Positions 23,487-37,757 are shown, numbered from the stretch's first letter. The stretch: 64,000 bases of DNA from Nemertoderma westbladi (GCA_032718475.1 JAUCBJ010004458.1:13413-77412); one strand, 5' to 3'. A program made the numbers and translations. Notes: generated by a model from the sequence alone, not told the origin.

Positions 23487-24647
23487 TTGACAAAAGCGAG
23501 ATTAGTCGATCTCATGATATAAAAGAGATTAGTCGCTACTATTAGATTATTACCGTACCGCTAACAGCTCATATGTTACGAAGAAAATAATACCTAAGTC
23601 AAATTTTCTAGTAACTTTTGTACTCTAATTCAAATATTATTTTAACGGTAATATTGACCTATTACATCGATATTTTAAATAATACGCATGTTTAATTAAT
23701 TGTTCTTAAGATGAGCGACTAAATATCATAATTTGTCACCCACCTTGGATGCGGGTTACTGTACATACCAATGTGCCCAATTAAACCAGAAGCATCTAAA
23801 CCAAGAAAATATTCGTGAAAACTTGTTAAAAAACATAAAAATAAAAAGAACAGCAAAATCAATAAAATCCAGAACTCATTTTTGTTTAAAAAAGTTTTAT
23901 ATTGAATAATATTTTAACAATTAAATGACAAGCAGCCATTCTAGAACACTACGTGGCGGTTGGAGATAGTTGTGAGATATTGGATATTCAGTATAGCACC
24001 ATGAAGCCTACCAATAAATACCAAGAAAGCACCTTTACGGATGTACTTTAAATTAAGTCGGCGAGAAATACAACTGATTTATTTCTAAAATGCAATTAGT
24101 TAACGATGTTAGTTGGCCTTTTAACCTAACCGTAAAGCCACATCGGTTATTACCTAGAAGTACTGTAGATTGTGTTGATTAGAAGGGTGTGTCAGCACCA
24201 TCATCAACCGTGGCTACTTGACCTTGATGATAAACTGCTTTATGGTATTACACCACTCAATAATCCACCTCCTATAAGCCCAAAGCATAATATATCATCC
24301 TTCAACTGACATATTATTATTCAGATCTCCAGAAAATCGCTACATTTTTTGACCAAACTTAAAGGCGTCCAAGGACTGAAGGGTATTATACCCTTGATGG
24401 GACACAAGTAAATATAATTATGGGACTCCCATAAACCTTGGGTTATTAAGAATTACTTAGGGTTTCTATTATTCACCGGTATTTAATTGACCGGCTTTGT
24501 AGTTTCCACTACCACCGATAGCGGCCAGAAGATAAATACATTTCCAAATACTGACAGTAAACAGTAAATAAATAGATAGAAGCTTTAAGTGGGACGATTA
24601 ACAGATCATAAAAATAACAACTACTAGAGCGGCCTGGATAAAAATTG

Positions 24648-24860
24648 GGGTCAGAGTAAAACGCGGATCCGGATTCTACTTTTAACATTGTCCCAACGGA
24701 AGTCGATTTTTTTTACATATTTAAAACTCCCAAAAATAAAACTATAACCTGTTCTATTGACTTTAGTTTATTGTTTTGGTTAAAATAACGTGCCACTGTA
24801 ACCTGCTCCTTTCCCTTAATTGATAATTTTGGAATCCGGATCCGCGTTTTACACCTTCCC
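24648..24860. mobile_element. 213-bp MITE with 9-bp TSD (Mutator-like)
   Basis: TIR core GTAAAACGCGGATCCGGATTC at both ends, GGG...CCC termini, TSD TAAAAATTG at 24639-24647 and 24861-24869. Confidence 0.85.
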
Positions 24861-26005
24861 TAAAAATTGTGATTGTGACAACAGTGCCAAAAAGAATTAG
24901 CGAGTAACTTTGGGTATATTGATGACTAAAACCCCATGCTCAAAAAAATATTATTATTATTTACCAAAGTACAATTTTTTTAGCAGTTTTGACACAATTT
25001 CAACATTTTATGTCGCTAAGCTATTCCATCAACCATAAAGGCTAATACTGACATTATATTTATAAATTCATTTTTTTGGATATATCGCTTGTCTTTAAGG
25101 TGAAAAATAGAACTTTTTATTCTTGACAACATTAAAACCAGTAGATTGAAGTTAAAGTTTCATCGCCCACCAGCAAATTTATTATTATAAATACTACTCA
25201 GCACTGAAGTAATTATTATTACTACATAAAATAATACTTTTAATATTAATATTATAAACCACTTAAATAATAACAACAATCGACTAAAATTCTACAATAA
25301 ATTATTACAATAAAAGCAAAAAGCAAAACTACTGCATGGATAAAATGTGCGGTATGAGGAACATTTACATATTATCATTATATAATAATTTATACACCGT
25401 TATATACAACACACAAGCGCCGGAGTTAAATAATTTATTAAATACAACCAATTCCACTGTGGTCTGTGGGAAAATAACGGCTCAAAAATACCATAGAAAA
25501 CCAAAACTTTCTTAATTTTATTTACATGGTATGGAATTAATGAACACGTAACTACAAAATCTAAATTGCTGGATATCGTTGTTAATAATATTTATATGTA
25601 CAGATTGAGTGGAAAAAAAATGCGTTCGAGGAAATTAAGAATTTGGATTGGGAGGAATAAAAAATTATCATATTTAGAGTGGAATATAACAGGTTGCAAC
25701 ACCAGTAAATAATATAAAACTGCAAGATAGTGTGAGCAAATATAGCAACAAACAGACCACACCATGAACATTAAGAAGGAAAAACCTAGAAAACTATGTA
25801 TCCATATAGCATGATCAATTTCTTTCACAATAGCATCATCACACTAAATAGGGAATTATTTAGAAATAAATATTAAATACATATATTATTATAATTTATA
25901 AATAAGTTAGGCAGTTTACGTGCTGTATGTCGCCGGGACATAGTCCCTGGCATTGGGATGCCCTGAGTGGGGGGGTGGGAGGCGTTTGCCGCACCATACC
26001 TCCCA

Positions 26006-26103
26006 CTATACCGTAACACTAGCCGTGCTACGGGCCGCAGCGTTTATTTCGGTGACCTTACTGGCGGTGGGGGATGTGGGTGAACGACTGGCAATCACGT
26101 CAT
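26006..26103 (-). CDS. Candidate terminal coding exon of the Mxd-like gene
   Basis: Acceptor TTTATTTCGCACAG; phase 1 is compatible with the donor at 30041; encodes DDVIASRSPTSP...TV then TAG. Confidence 0.45.
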
Positions 26104-26336
26104 CTGTGCGAAATAAAATAAATATTTTTAATAATGAAAGAAATTTATCAAATTGTTAGAGATAATTTTCTAACAAGTACCACAGGCCTAGAAACTACTG
26201 GACTACAGTATTTTCTGGTTAGTTAGTGTAATACGGGCTAATTAATAGGCTTATACGAACAGTATTACTGATCGTGAGATCAAATTAAATAATTTTGCCC
26301 TTAAGACTGATTAAATAGGCCAGGCCTACTGGCCAT

Positions 26337-26390
26337 CACTGGCCTAACTTACTTTCACTGGCCTAACTTACTTTCACTGGCCTAACTTAC
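26337..26390. repeat. 19-bp unit repeated about 3 times (CTGGCCTAACTTACTTTCA)
   Basis: Visible direct repeats; reads GTAAGTTAGGCCAGTGAAA on the minus strand. Confidence 0.85.
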
Positions 26391-27466
26391 CTGTGGGTCG
26401 ATTCACCGCACGGAATATTGTTCCGTTGAGTGCGACCATGGTATAAGTAACCGACTTAAAAGGACACGATGACATACAAATTCTAGATCTGTTACATTTG
26501 CGAAAGTGCAAATACACGGCACAAAATGAAACCACTATACATGATGACAGGGTTGACAAGAAGATTAGTTTTTTAGTAGATGGCGATTTTGCACCAGTTA
26601 CCGGGGTGATAATTAAGATGAGGAATGTATTTGCCGCTGCTAATATATAAGTATATAAAAATAAGGTGTGGCAATATACACATTACCGTCATCCTATCTC
26701 CTTAATCAGTGGTAATGTGAACGTGTTTAAATAAAATAACATTTCAATAATAGCTACACAAATCTTCAATGTCAATAGGTTTTCTGAGAAAACTCATGAA
26801 GGAGATTTTTGCATGATGAGCTTGATGAGCATGCTCGCGGCGTAAATATCCAATAGCCAAAAATATTATTCTCATTATGTGGGTTTGCACGGACGAGTGA
26901 GTAATTCATTAAATATCCAATCATTTTCAGCAAGCAGGGGTTCTTTCACAGTCAATGCTTCTATTTAGGTGATCAGTGGAGAAATGGACGAATGGAAAAA
27001 ATCACCGTTACGAGTTAGAATTAGCACGGCTTAACAATATCCAACCTACACGCAATCCAATCCGTGCATCATACATACATCCAAACAACATAATTAAAAA
27101 ATCTCAGATAGTTTAATGCTCCTTTAATCCGACAAACATGACCGAATGAAATTGCGAACAAAATTGCGAAAATCTTAGAAATATTGATATAAAGATTTGA
27201 CACAGCCTCTGCCTGATACCGGACCAGCAGCTGCCATTGATAATCCTTGATCCATTGAGGTCTGATGCACACACATCAATGATCATTCACTGATCAGCTA
27301 TACGTAAATCATATTGTAACTGATTATCCATTACAGTGACCGCTTCCAACACCCTGAGTTTGAAAGATTTATTTATAAAAATAACATCCTATGTCTCTCT
27401 TTAACAGGTAATATTCTTAACAATAGGAAGCCGAAATCAGCCTAAGATCAACTAACTATGCCTGAA

Positions 27467-27539
27467 ACAATGCTGTCCGAACAATGCTGTCCGAACAATG
27501 CTGTCCGAACAATGCTGTCCGAACAATGCTGTCCGAACA
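27467..27539. repeat. 14-bp minisatellite, about 5 copies (AACAATGCTGTCCG)
   Basis: Visible tandem copies. Confidence 0.85.
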
Positions 27540-27870
27540 CTGTAGTCCAGTCCGCAAAAGCATCTAATTTTATTATTATTATAAATACAGGTTGTAAACC
27601 AACGTTAAAAATTATTGGTATGTTCCATAACTGTACTGGTAATGTTTACAGTGGGTTAAATTTTAAGTCTTAATTAATGAATGACCTTACAAAAAAAAAC
27701 TGAAAAAATCACAAAAATGCTAAATTCACCAAATTCATTGAAAAAAACACCAAATAAACTAATTTGGTACCAAATGTAATTTCTCACCAAATTTAATTTT
27801 CCGGCAGGTAAAGTACGTCGTAAAGTATACAGTCAATCTGTGGCGGCACGGAACCGACATACTTACATAT

Positions 27871-28586
27871 GGAAATGGTGAAAAATATCGAGAGTGAAAA
27901 TATCGAGAGTAAAAATATCGCGAGTAAAAATATCGAGAGTAAAATATCGAGAGTAAAAATATTGAGTGTTGAAAAATATCAAGAGTAAAAATATCGAGAG
28001 TAAAAATATCAAATATCGAGAGTAACAATTTTTTTAATAAGGGTTGTATGATAATTTATTTTCCTATAAATGTTCTAGAACAAAAATATTTATCAAAATT
28101 GACAGCTGGCACATCTATCTTCTATAATATTTATAAAAAAATAGCAAAAACTAGCTAGAATAAAGCTAGCATAGCATAACTAGCTAGCAAAAAAAATGTG
28201 GTCAATGGGTACCCAAGGTGTATAATGACATTTATTTGCACTGTTGTAACCCATGCACTGCAATATTGCCCATAATTCTGAATAAAATGCTCATAATATT
28301 TTACTGGAAATCGATATTTTTCAACACTCGATATTTTTCAACACTCGATATATTTACTCTCGATATTTTTCAACACTCGATATATTTACTCTCGATATTT
28401 TTCAACACTCGATATATTTACTCTCGATATTTTTCAACACTCGATATTTTTACTCTTGATATTTTTACTCTCGATATTTTCAACACTCTATATTTTTTAA
28501 CACTCGTTATTTTTACTCTCGATATTTTTCAACACTCGATATTTTTACTCTCGATATTTTTACTCTCGATATTTTTCAATATAACC
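27871..28586. mobile_element. Non-autonomous TIR element with AAAAATATCGAGAGT subterminal arrays
   Basis: 15-bp unit arrays in opposite orientation at the two ends, GG...CC termini, TSD (C)TTACATAT at 27862-27870 and 28586-28594. Confidence 0.8.
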
Positions 28587-30041
28587 TTACATATATAGAT
28601 CTACTAGATCCTGTTAGAGCCGTATTTTGATTGATTATTCATATCCGTATTTTGGAATCTCGATTTTGGCGAAGATTCCATTATTGGCGAAAAAAGTAGA
28701 TAATTTTGTAACAAATTAAAAGTCATTTTTGAGATGATTCAGTATTATTGGTGGTGAATTTATTAATTTTTTTGTTGAGGTAAATTATTTTTGGTTGCAT
28801 TTTAGGTATTTTTAATAATTAAATTTGGTCCCGATATAAATACTTGTCTGCAATATATTTTTGTTGCACAATTATTTTAATAAACTCCGTATCATTCTCC
28901 AATGATTCAGGCACCATAAGGTCCAGCAGCGATATTCAATCAACATGCCACGATTCGGTTAGATAGTCATAAATAATAAGCTGGTTTATTATAAATATAA
29001 ACTGTTAACGGATGTTGGGAAATTAATAAACGCTATGCGTTACATGGAATCAATAAACCAGTAGCAGCATATGTTGGACTGGACAGGTCCCTGATGTATG
29101 AAGCAACACATATAATGAGTTATATTGATAAACGCGGTTGGGTTTAATATAGCCGATAACCCAAAATACATTAACAATAATTTCTAGTAATCATTACATA
29201 AGGATATATAATTCGAAACACACTAGACAGAATCAAACATCTAATTGTAAAAATTAGATGAAACTCACACACTTCTATATGGATCAGGGCAATCACACGC
29301 ATAGCACGTGTAAAGCTCATGACGTGCCATGAGAAAATATAATATGGCATACCATCAGCTCTAACACAAATAAGATTCGACAAAATTAAAAAAATATGTA
29401 ATGGGGAGTCATCATCGAACCCCTATAACAGCACCGCGGTGGGGCCAATGATAGTGGGGAGCGGGACAAGCAATACAAGCAAAACCCGCAGAGACCAATA
29501 CAGAATACACGTACGGTAAAGACTTGAGGTATTTGATTCACATGTATGTTAGCAATTATTAAAAAAACTCAGGTGATTTAAACAATGTTTGTGAGGTGAA
29601 TTAAGTTTATGTATTGCACTTTTATACATTTCGCCCTCTAGCGGCAGACTAAAAAATGAACTGCACACGGATTAGCCTCCATACAAAGAAACAGTTAATG
29701 CCCTAGTGCACATCTGCCAAGTTTCAGTTTCATGCAATTATTCATCCCCCACCCCCTCCCCTAACAGACTCAGTTCGTTAAGGCTCCGCCTACTACGAGA
29801 TCTGCCCTACAATGCCATTCAATCAGCGAGCAGATGTTTCTCCATGTATAATTAATTGTAAATCTCTCTCTTTCCAGTAACTACAATATTCATCTGTCAA
29901 TAGTATAAAAATATAAATAATAACAAATATTCTAATGACGCCCTGTACTAGATCTATCTCCATGGCTACGCGGTAAGGAAGGACCATTACCATGAGGGGT
30001 TCACGAATCATTGTTTTTTTTAATGATTATTAGATATTAAC

Positions 30042-30213
30042 CTGAGCTGGCTGCTGAAGCCTCGGATGAGTCAGTCATTCCCTCACTGTTCTTGCGATCG
30101 CCTCGCTGCAGCAGTATCCGGGATAGACATTCGAGTCGTCGTTGGAGATGAATCTGTTGACGTTGAAGTCGCCGTTTGGTAAGAGACCGAGCGCGATCTG
30201 TATCCTCAAGTGC
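30042..30213 (-). CDS. Mxd: Mxd/Mxi1-like gene, leucine-zipper exon
   Basis: Acceptor CCTTTGCAG, donor GTTAAT; ALEDTDRARSLTKRRLQRQQIHLQRRLECL aligns with MXD KLED.DR.....DQLQREQRHLKRQLEKL. Confidence 0.8.
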
Positions 30214-30299
30214 CTGCAAAGGAATACCGGTATGGAACCATAGATACTAGACACTGAATAATATAATATTGTTATGAAAGGGAACATATTTTAGGCTTA

Positions 30300-30455
30300 C
30301 TAAGCGACGGGACGAAGGAATAATGCAGTAAACCCTTTATTGTATTTCCCAAGTTATCTTGGTTCCTATTTATCGACTAGCCGCAAGGATGAAAAACCGC
30401 GGTTGGACTACGCTGCAGTATTTAAAGCACTGTGTCCCACACAGCGCTGGCTCCG
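30300..30455 (-). mobile_element. Decayed SINE related to the element at 40789-41021
   Basis: Minus strand reads GTCCAACCGCGGTTTTTCATCC...GTCGATAAATAGGAACCAAGATAACTTGGG. Confidence 0.5.
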
Positions 30456-30808
30456 TTTAGGGATGTTGCTAAATTATACTTATTAAATAATTGAGTATTA
30501 ACATCATAAGTAATGTATTTAATATCACGGTATATTTACTATTCGAATCAGATGGAAAAATAGGATGACATTTAAAACTGAAAGGTAATAATACCAAGAC
30601 ATTCACATTCGGGTCGATATGATTATGTACAGGTTCGACATACCGCGATTCCTTTCTAGGCCTTTTATTTTCTAGGTTTCTAGGTCTCGGCATCTCTAGG
30701 CCACTAAGTAGGAATCAATAAATAAGTAACATTGTTATAAAATTTATTTACTATATTATATTCGTTCAGTTTCACCCAGTTATATAATTGACCATATATA
30801 GTAAGTAT

Positions 30809-32462
30809 CGTGTTCAATCTTATTCTCAATATCGGCAGACTGCCAACCACATGGAAACAAAGCATAATAAAGATTCTTTACAAGGGAAGGGGAACGATTA
30901 CCAACCCAGACAACTACCGAGGAATAGCCTTGTTATGTGTCTTACTAAAAGTTATGACTTCAATCATTAACAAACGTATCCGTTCAGCGATATCACATCA
31001 AATCCCCAACGAACAATTTGGATTCGTTGCAGGTAAATCAACAACCCAAGCGATAAACAACCTCCTGAATGATATATCATCTGTTATAAACTCGAACACC
31101 AGCAACCGTATTGTCTATGCCGCATTTATAGATTTTCGCAAGGCGTTCGACATGGTTAGCCGTGCAAAATTATTATTCAAGTTATATAAGATGGGTATCA
31201 AAGGGAGAATATATAATATAATTAAGGACCTACTAGATAATTATTTAACCATATTCGACGGCCTTAGATTCTCCAACTTAATCCACCAACTCCGTGGAAT
31301 TCTACAGGGAGATTGTTTGTCACCGGTGACATTTATCATCTTCATCGCGGACTTGGCCCTTGCTCTGCGTTCTGCATCGGCATGCCTGATGTTCCTCTTA
31401 TTTGCAGACGATCTGGTGTTTTACTCCACCAATCGGGATGACGTCCAAGTAGGTTTAGATGCCCTCCATAGGTGGTCCATTGAAAACGGAATGTCAATGT
31501 CAATGGATGTCAATTTGACCAAAACCAAGATTATGAAATTCAGGAAAGCAGGTCGGCTATCAGCATTAGATAGGTTCCAATACAATGGTAAACTTGTTGA
31601 AATACCAAAGCAATACGAATATTTGGGCGTTATCTTACAACCATCACTCTGTTTTTCCAATCATATAAAAGAAAAGAAAGAAACATCATATAAGATCATA
31701 GGCTCGATACATAATTTGCAACGGCTCTCAATAAAAACTGGTATTATGGTATTTAACATGAAAATCGCTCCGTCCGTAACCTACGCTCTAGCCGCATTCG
31801 GTAAATTTCTAAGAGTTACTCATCTCAAGGAACTCGACAAAATCAAAGCAACACATATGAAACGTTTACTCGGATTACACTCTTCTGCTTCATCCACCTT
31901 GGCCCTCAAAATGGTTGGTGACGGTGAGCAAACTTTCGTGGAATCGATTCTCCGTAAAACTCCAACCGTATTCGATCCCATAGTCATCGCCCAATACCGC
32001 GAACACCGGGCAGAACGGGAAGAAAACTTCCGTAGCGAAGGCTATCTGGAAGGACCGGCCTTCACAGGGTCCACCTGGAAACTTCCAGGACAACGGAACC
32101 GCCACCTGGTTACGCGTACCACATCGCATGGTTTTCACCACGTGATCTGTCTTAATACGCAGCGTTTCCATCCCCTCGCAGTAGGCTGTCGCTGCAAATA
32201 TTGTAGTGGCCCGTGCGACCACCGCTACCATGCACTTAACTGTACACACTGCCCAACTTTGGCCGAGCTGGCAGCAATGTGACAACCACCACCCCCCCCC
32301 CCCCCCCCCCACCCCACCCCACATAACTTATATTAAGCCAATATATATATTTTAAACCTCCTCTTTTATTGTGTTCTGATTTTATTGAATGTTTATAATT
32401 AATTAATTATTCGTTTCCCTTTGCCCCGAGTGGGGCGCATATTAAAAAAAAAAAAAAAAAAA
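30809..32462 (+). mobile_element. Young 5'-truncated non-LTR retrotransposon (RT ORF 30810-32282) antisense in an Mxd intron
   Basis: NYRGIALL, QFGF, FIDFRKAFD, GILQGDCLSP, LFADD and YEYLG motifs; Cys/His C-terminus; poly(A) at ~32444-32462; 15-bp TSD ATATATAGTAAGTAT at 30794-30808 and 32463-32477. Confidence 0.93.
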
Positions 32463-34054
32463 ATATATAGTAAGTATATAGTGTATGTAAAACTATTAAA
32501 AATGTAAAGTGGGTTTATATTATATATATAAATAAATTTAAATATTAGGTCCAAATTAATACAGCGATGCTATATAAATACATACTATACAATTAGAGAA
32601 ATTACACCAAAAATGTTATACTTCTTTGAACAACTATTGTTTTTAAATGCCTGTTCTGTGTTCATCCGCAACCATTTCGAAACTTTACAACGTTCGAATA
32701 GAAAACTACATACTTGTTGCATTGCACTTCACTTTACAGTGTTCTGGACATACTATTTTAATTTTCATCCACTCACTACGTGAACTTCGTGAGACCAAAT
32801 TACTTACGCACTCATCTTTCACGATTGTAACAAATTACCACTCGGATCAGCACAATAATGTAAAGTGCAATTTTTTTACACTCAAGTTCAACTATGTAAG
32901 TAAATAATAATTATTTATTTCGTGTGTTTTACTAGTGAGATGGGCAACTAGTTTACACTTTACAGAAACGCTTATGCTGGCGAGTGGAGAAAATCATTGA
33001 TGTTTCATATATGTGAGATTATTGGTTTTGCGAGAATCATTTATGAGCTTTAACCGGCAAATGTTTGTTGCTACTATCTGGAATGCAATCATACCGCTGC
33101 TTGCTGCAGTATATTGGATGCTTGTGGATCGATTGAGAGATAGGTCGTTAAATCACGAATTATTTATTGAATAAAGGAAGCTGCTTTCTGCATCCAATGA
33201 CTCAGCTAGCATTATACGGCAAGTAATATATGATCCTGGACAACATTGCTTCATCCGTTAAACACAACACATGTGCTGAGTTCAAGGGAGGCCACATTAG
33301 AGTCCCATGTCAAGTAGGGAGAGATAGAAAGTGCGGGAATTGGGTTCCCCTCGACGCCATTAACACTAAGGACCGAATCGATTTACGCACCCCAACCCGC
33401 GGACAAGAGCGGGGCAGGGAGGGGGTTTAATGAAACACGTTAATGAGATAATGGTAATTGGAGCAAGAGGCTGATCCTCATTCACTCAAGGTTCTCAGAT
33501 AGTACCAGCTAAAAACTATTATATTGCCAAAATTTCGTGATATTCTCATCTGGAATATCTACGCCAGCCAACAATGTATATATCTATCTAAATATATTTG
33601 GGTAGGGCAGTTGCGTTTTTTTTTTATCGGAAATCGATTATACGTGCTGCTGGACTATTGAATTGTTATTGTGCAAGTATATCGAGAGGGGCTTCACATA
33701 AGAACTTGATATGTAGTACTTTATAATACAGTACTGTAGTAATTTATACAGGGGTGAGAATACAAGAGTTGGTCCCTTCATCGGGTGATCCATATATTAT
33801 TTTCTCAGTATATTACTAGAGTTCTCGTCTCAATTGGAAACCTCGCTGCGCTCGGAATTTAAAACGCAACGCACTGTAATCTTGGAAAGAGCTCAATTAT
33901 AAGACTAGAACTACTAGATCTAGAAGTATTGAGCAGATCCGCATTCACCTGAGAAATTCACATTACAAAAATTGGGACAAGAAATTACTGCTTTCGCTGA
34001 CTATTATTAATTTCTATTGCTCAATTAGAATAGACGTCAGAAAGTATAAACTAT

Positions 34055-34811
34055 GGGTGTAAACGTTAAGCAGACACCTGGTCCAGACAGTGGTGCAGAC
34101 ACCTGATGCAGACACTCGTGCATACCCCTGGTGCAGAAAGCAAACAGTATTTTCAAACCAGACATGGTACAGTGTAATCATATCACCCAACGGTGCCTCG
34201 TCGCAAGTTCGAGCGTGAGTTAACAGTGATACGTTATTCTAACCAAAACAATAAACGAAACTCAATAGAACAGGTTACAGTTTTATTTTTGGGAGTAATC
34301 AGCTGTTATTTGCGTCTAATTTTTTATTGCACCAATGTCTGCACCACTGTCTCCACCAGGTGTCTGCACCAGTTGTTTGCACCAGTGTCTCTGCACCAGG
34401 TGTCAGCACCAGTGTTTGCACCAGTGTCTACACCAGTGTTTGCGCCAGTGTTTGCACCACTGTCTGCACCAGTGTCTGCAGTCTGCACCAGTGTCTGCAC
34501 CAGGTGCAAGCGCCACTGTCTGCACCAGGTGTCTGCACCAATGTCTGAACCAGGTATCTGCACCACTGTCTGCACCAGGTGTCAGCACCAGTGTCTACAC
34601 CAGTGTTTGCGCCAGTGTTTGCACCACTGTCTGCACCAGTGTCTGCACCAGGTGTAAGCGCCACTGTCTGCACCAGGTGTCTGCACCACTGTCTGAACCA
34701 GGTATCTGCACCAGTGTCTGTAGCAGGTGTCTGCACCAGTATCTGTAGCAGATGTCGGCACCATTGTATGCAGCAGGTGTCTGCACCAGTGTCTGCTTAA
34801 CGTTTACACCC
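34055..34811. mobile_element. Mutator-like non-autonomous element with a GTCTGCACCA minisatellite body
   Basis: TIR GGGTGTAAACGTTAAGCAGACAC at both ends; 9-bp TSD ATAAACTAT/ATGAACTAT (1 mismatch). Confidence 0.8.
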
Positions 34812-35808
34812 ATGAACTATTACATTATTGGGTTGGAGACACAACAGCCACAGCAAATTTTTTGTAATCGTAATTCTTTAAAAATAAGATGCGATATCAT
34901 CGCAGATATGGATTCACGTAGTAATTTCACTGACTAACGAATATAATACCAGAGGAAGTCAGCAGGTACTGCCATACCTATACTGTAAACTAAATGTAAA
35001 GGTAGTACCGGTAATTCGTATAATTTTCAGATACATAGTGTATTCGATAAAAATAATTGTCAGAAAGAACAGATTGGCACTAATTTAGTTAACCGAAACT
35101 AAAATTTGAATTGTACATTAGGTGTCATTTTAGCACACGTTCGTGCAAAAAAACTGCAAAACTCAACAACTCGAACAAAATAATAGAATTTTACTCAATT
35201 AGAGGCAACCAGGGCTTCTTTCCGATACTTTTTTCTATTGAAGAACATTATTTTTATGCGAGAAAAATTAAATTTCTGATTTTCTGGAAATTTTGTGTGT
35301 GTTCGTTCTTCTTTGACAATGTCCCGTACGCAAAGCGGCACATATTTGACGAGAATCACTCATTTAATGAATGATGAACTCATACCATCCTACTCCCTTA
35401 CTTCGGACACGTGTCCACAAACAAGCAGGTAATAATAGCCTTTAGGACACTGACCTCTGGGTTGCGAAGCTGTGATTGCCGCATAGATTGCGAATAGGAG
35501 GGAGAATGGGTGAGTGAAAGAGGCCAGGTAGGCGCACGGAGCGATCTCACATACAATAAACCGTGGATGAATCGATAATGAAGGGAGGAAACCACACGAG
35601 ATGCGATTGGAAATTCCCAACTCGATGTAATGGCCCACCAATCACATTGGATGGGAATCCTCACAAAGAAAGGGGTGATAACCCCCAACTCAACGTATTA
35701 ATTCCCAAAGAAAGCAGATAGAAAGTTCAAACGTCTTGAGGCTTGATTTACTTGTGCTAATTGCGTGAAACTAGCTGAGTAACCAAATATGACGCACAAC
35801 ACCTAAAC

Positions 35809-37757
35809 CATGGAATACTAAATATACACGGAAGGACAAATGTATCATACCCGGAGGCAATCTTTTTATTTTATAAAACGATAGATATGGATGACAGAAA
35901 ACCGCTGCTAAATTTTTTTCCAAATCTGTCGTGCCGTTTTTGAGACATAGCATTTTATATAACGTTCCCATGGCCTATTATAAATACACGGCCTAATAAG
36001 CTGCATTTTGAGGCCATTCAAAAAGAGACCAGTTTTTTTTTACAACAATTTGATATTTTGATATAATTCCTTAATTTGACTGAATTGAAGTCTCCTCGTT
36101 AAGCAAGATACTAAATTATATAGTAGCTAGTGTTTGAGGTAGGTTTAGCTATTAATTTTGACACTGGTTCCGACATCCTACTTCTCTCTATAAATATTTT
36201 GTAGTAGCTAGTTCTTATTACTATTTGTATAGAAAATGTTCCAGAACATGCTAGCTATTCATTTTAAAAAAAAAATGTTCTAGAACAAATTTTTTTTTCT
36301 AGAACATTATTTAAAAATAAATCTGGATTTTATTTAAAACGCATGGCATCGTTCTAAAACGTGTTTAAGATCAATAAAAAAAATTTCTAAATTTAATTTT
36401 TTCTAAAAATTCTTTTCACAATATTTTTTTTGGTACTGGTGTGTTATAGGTAAACCCCCCCTTTCATTTTTTTTACTAGCTAGTTTTTGCTATTTCTTTT
36501 CATGAAATGTTCTAAAACATGAGATACAATTTAAAAAAATAATAAAATGTTCTAGAACAAATATTTTTTGTTCTAGAACTAATTTAAAAAAAAGCTTACA
36601 AATTTTATTTTTTGTTAGTTATGTTTTATTTGATATCAAGGAAATTGAATTTTCTAGAATATTCGAATTTCTACAGCTAAGATTTAACTTTCGCCCAACA
36701 ACTAGCGGAGTTTCGTTGGAAGCTTCTACACAAAGAAAACCCATTTTCTGCTCAGTTGGATTTGATCAGAAAATATTATCCTCTGTCTGCTAAATAATAA
36801 ATACTGTATTATATATATAGGGCCTATACGTATTCTTAGCATATCATTAATTTCTGAATATAATGACCTCAATACAGTGAATTTTTTAATTTTAATTAGC
36901 TATTAAATAGTACCCCCCCCCCCCCCCCCTCCCAAATCCATCTTGTCAGCAACGATTAAAAATTATATGAAACCAATTCTAAATAAAATAAAAAAATAAA
37001 TTTTTTTTTATATTTTCTTAACTGTTCTAGAACAAAAACTATTTGCTCTAGAACTTTTCTTTTCTAATCTTGAATAGCTAACATGTTCTAGAACATTATT
37101 AAAAAATAAAAATAGTACATTAATTTTTTTAATTTTTTTTTAAATTTTCTAGAAAAAATTTTTTTTTCTAGAACATATTATATTATATATATATACATAG
37201 ACATACATATACGAACATATATATATTTATTTTTAATAGCTAACATGTTCTAGAATATGTTCATAAAAAGAAATAGCAAAAACTAGGTAGTAAAAAAAAT
37301 TTGAGGGGGGTGTATCTATAACACACTAGTACTAACACACTAATGAACACACTAGTGCCATTTTTTTTCACAATTTTTTTTATTGATTTTAAACACGTTT
37401 TAGAACGATGCCATGCATTTTAAATAGAATCAAGATTTTTTTCTAAAAAATGCGTATCTTGCTTAACGAGGAGACTTCAATTCAGTCAAATTAAGGAATT
37501 ATATCAAAATATCAAATTTTTGTAAAAAAAACTGGTCTCTTTTTGAATGGCCTCAAAATGCAGCTTATTAGGCCGTGTATATATAATAGGCCATGGGAAC
37601 GTTATATAAAATGCTATGTCTCAAAAACCGCACGACAGATGTGGAAAAAAATTTAGCAGCGGTTTTCTGTCATCCATATCTATCGTTTTATAAAATAAAA
37701 AGATTGCCTCCAGGGGTATGATACATTTGTCCTACCGTGTATATTTAGTATTCCATG
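35809..37757. mobile_element. ~1.95-kb foldback element with ~300-bp TIRs (P-element-like CATG termini)
   Basis: 35809-36111 is the near-perfect reverse complement of 37454-37757; further internal inverted blocks rich in TTCTAGAA; flanks CCTAAAC/CCCAAAC may be a 7-bp TSD. Confidence 0.85.

Noticed and set aside
27200-27290. Mxd exon with an IIDVC motif on the minus strand
   Set aside because: An in-frame TGA lies immediately upstream and no phase-compatible acceptor was found.
34193-34937. CLHQ / VSAP repeat proteins
   Set aside because: Translations of a minisatellite within a TIR/TSD-bounded element.
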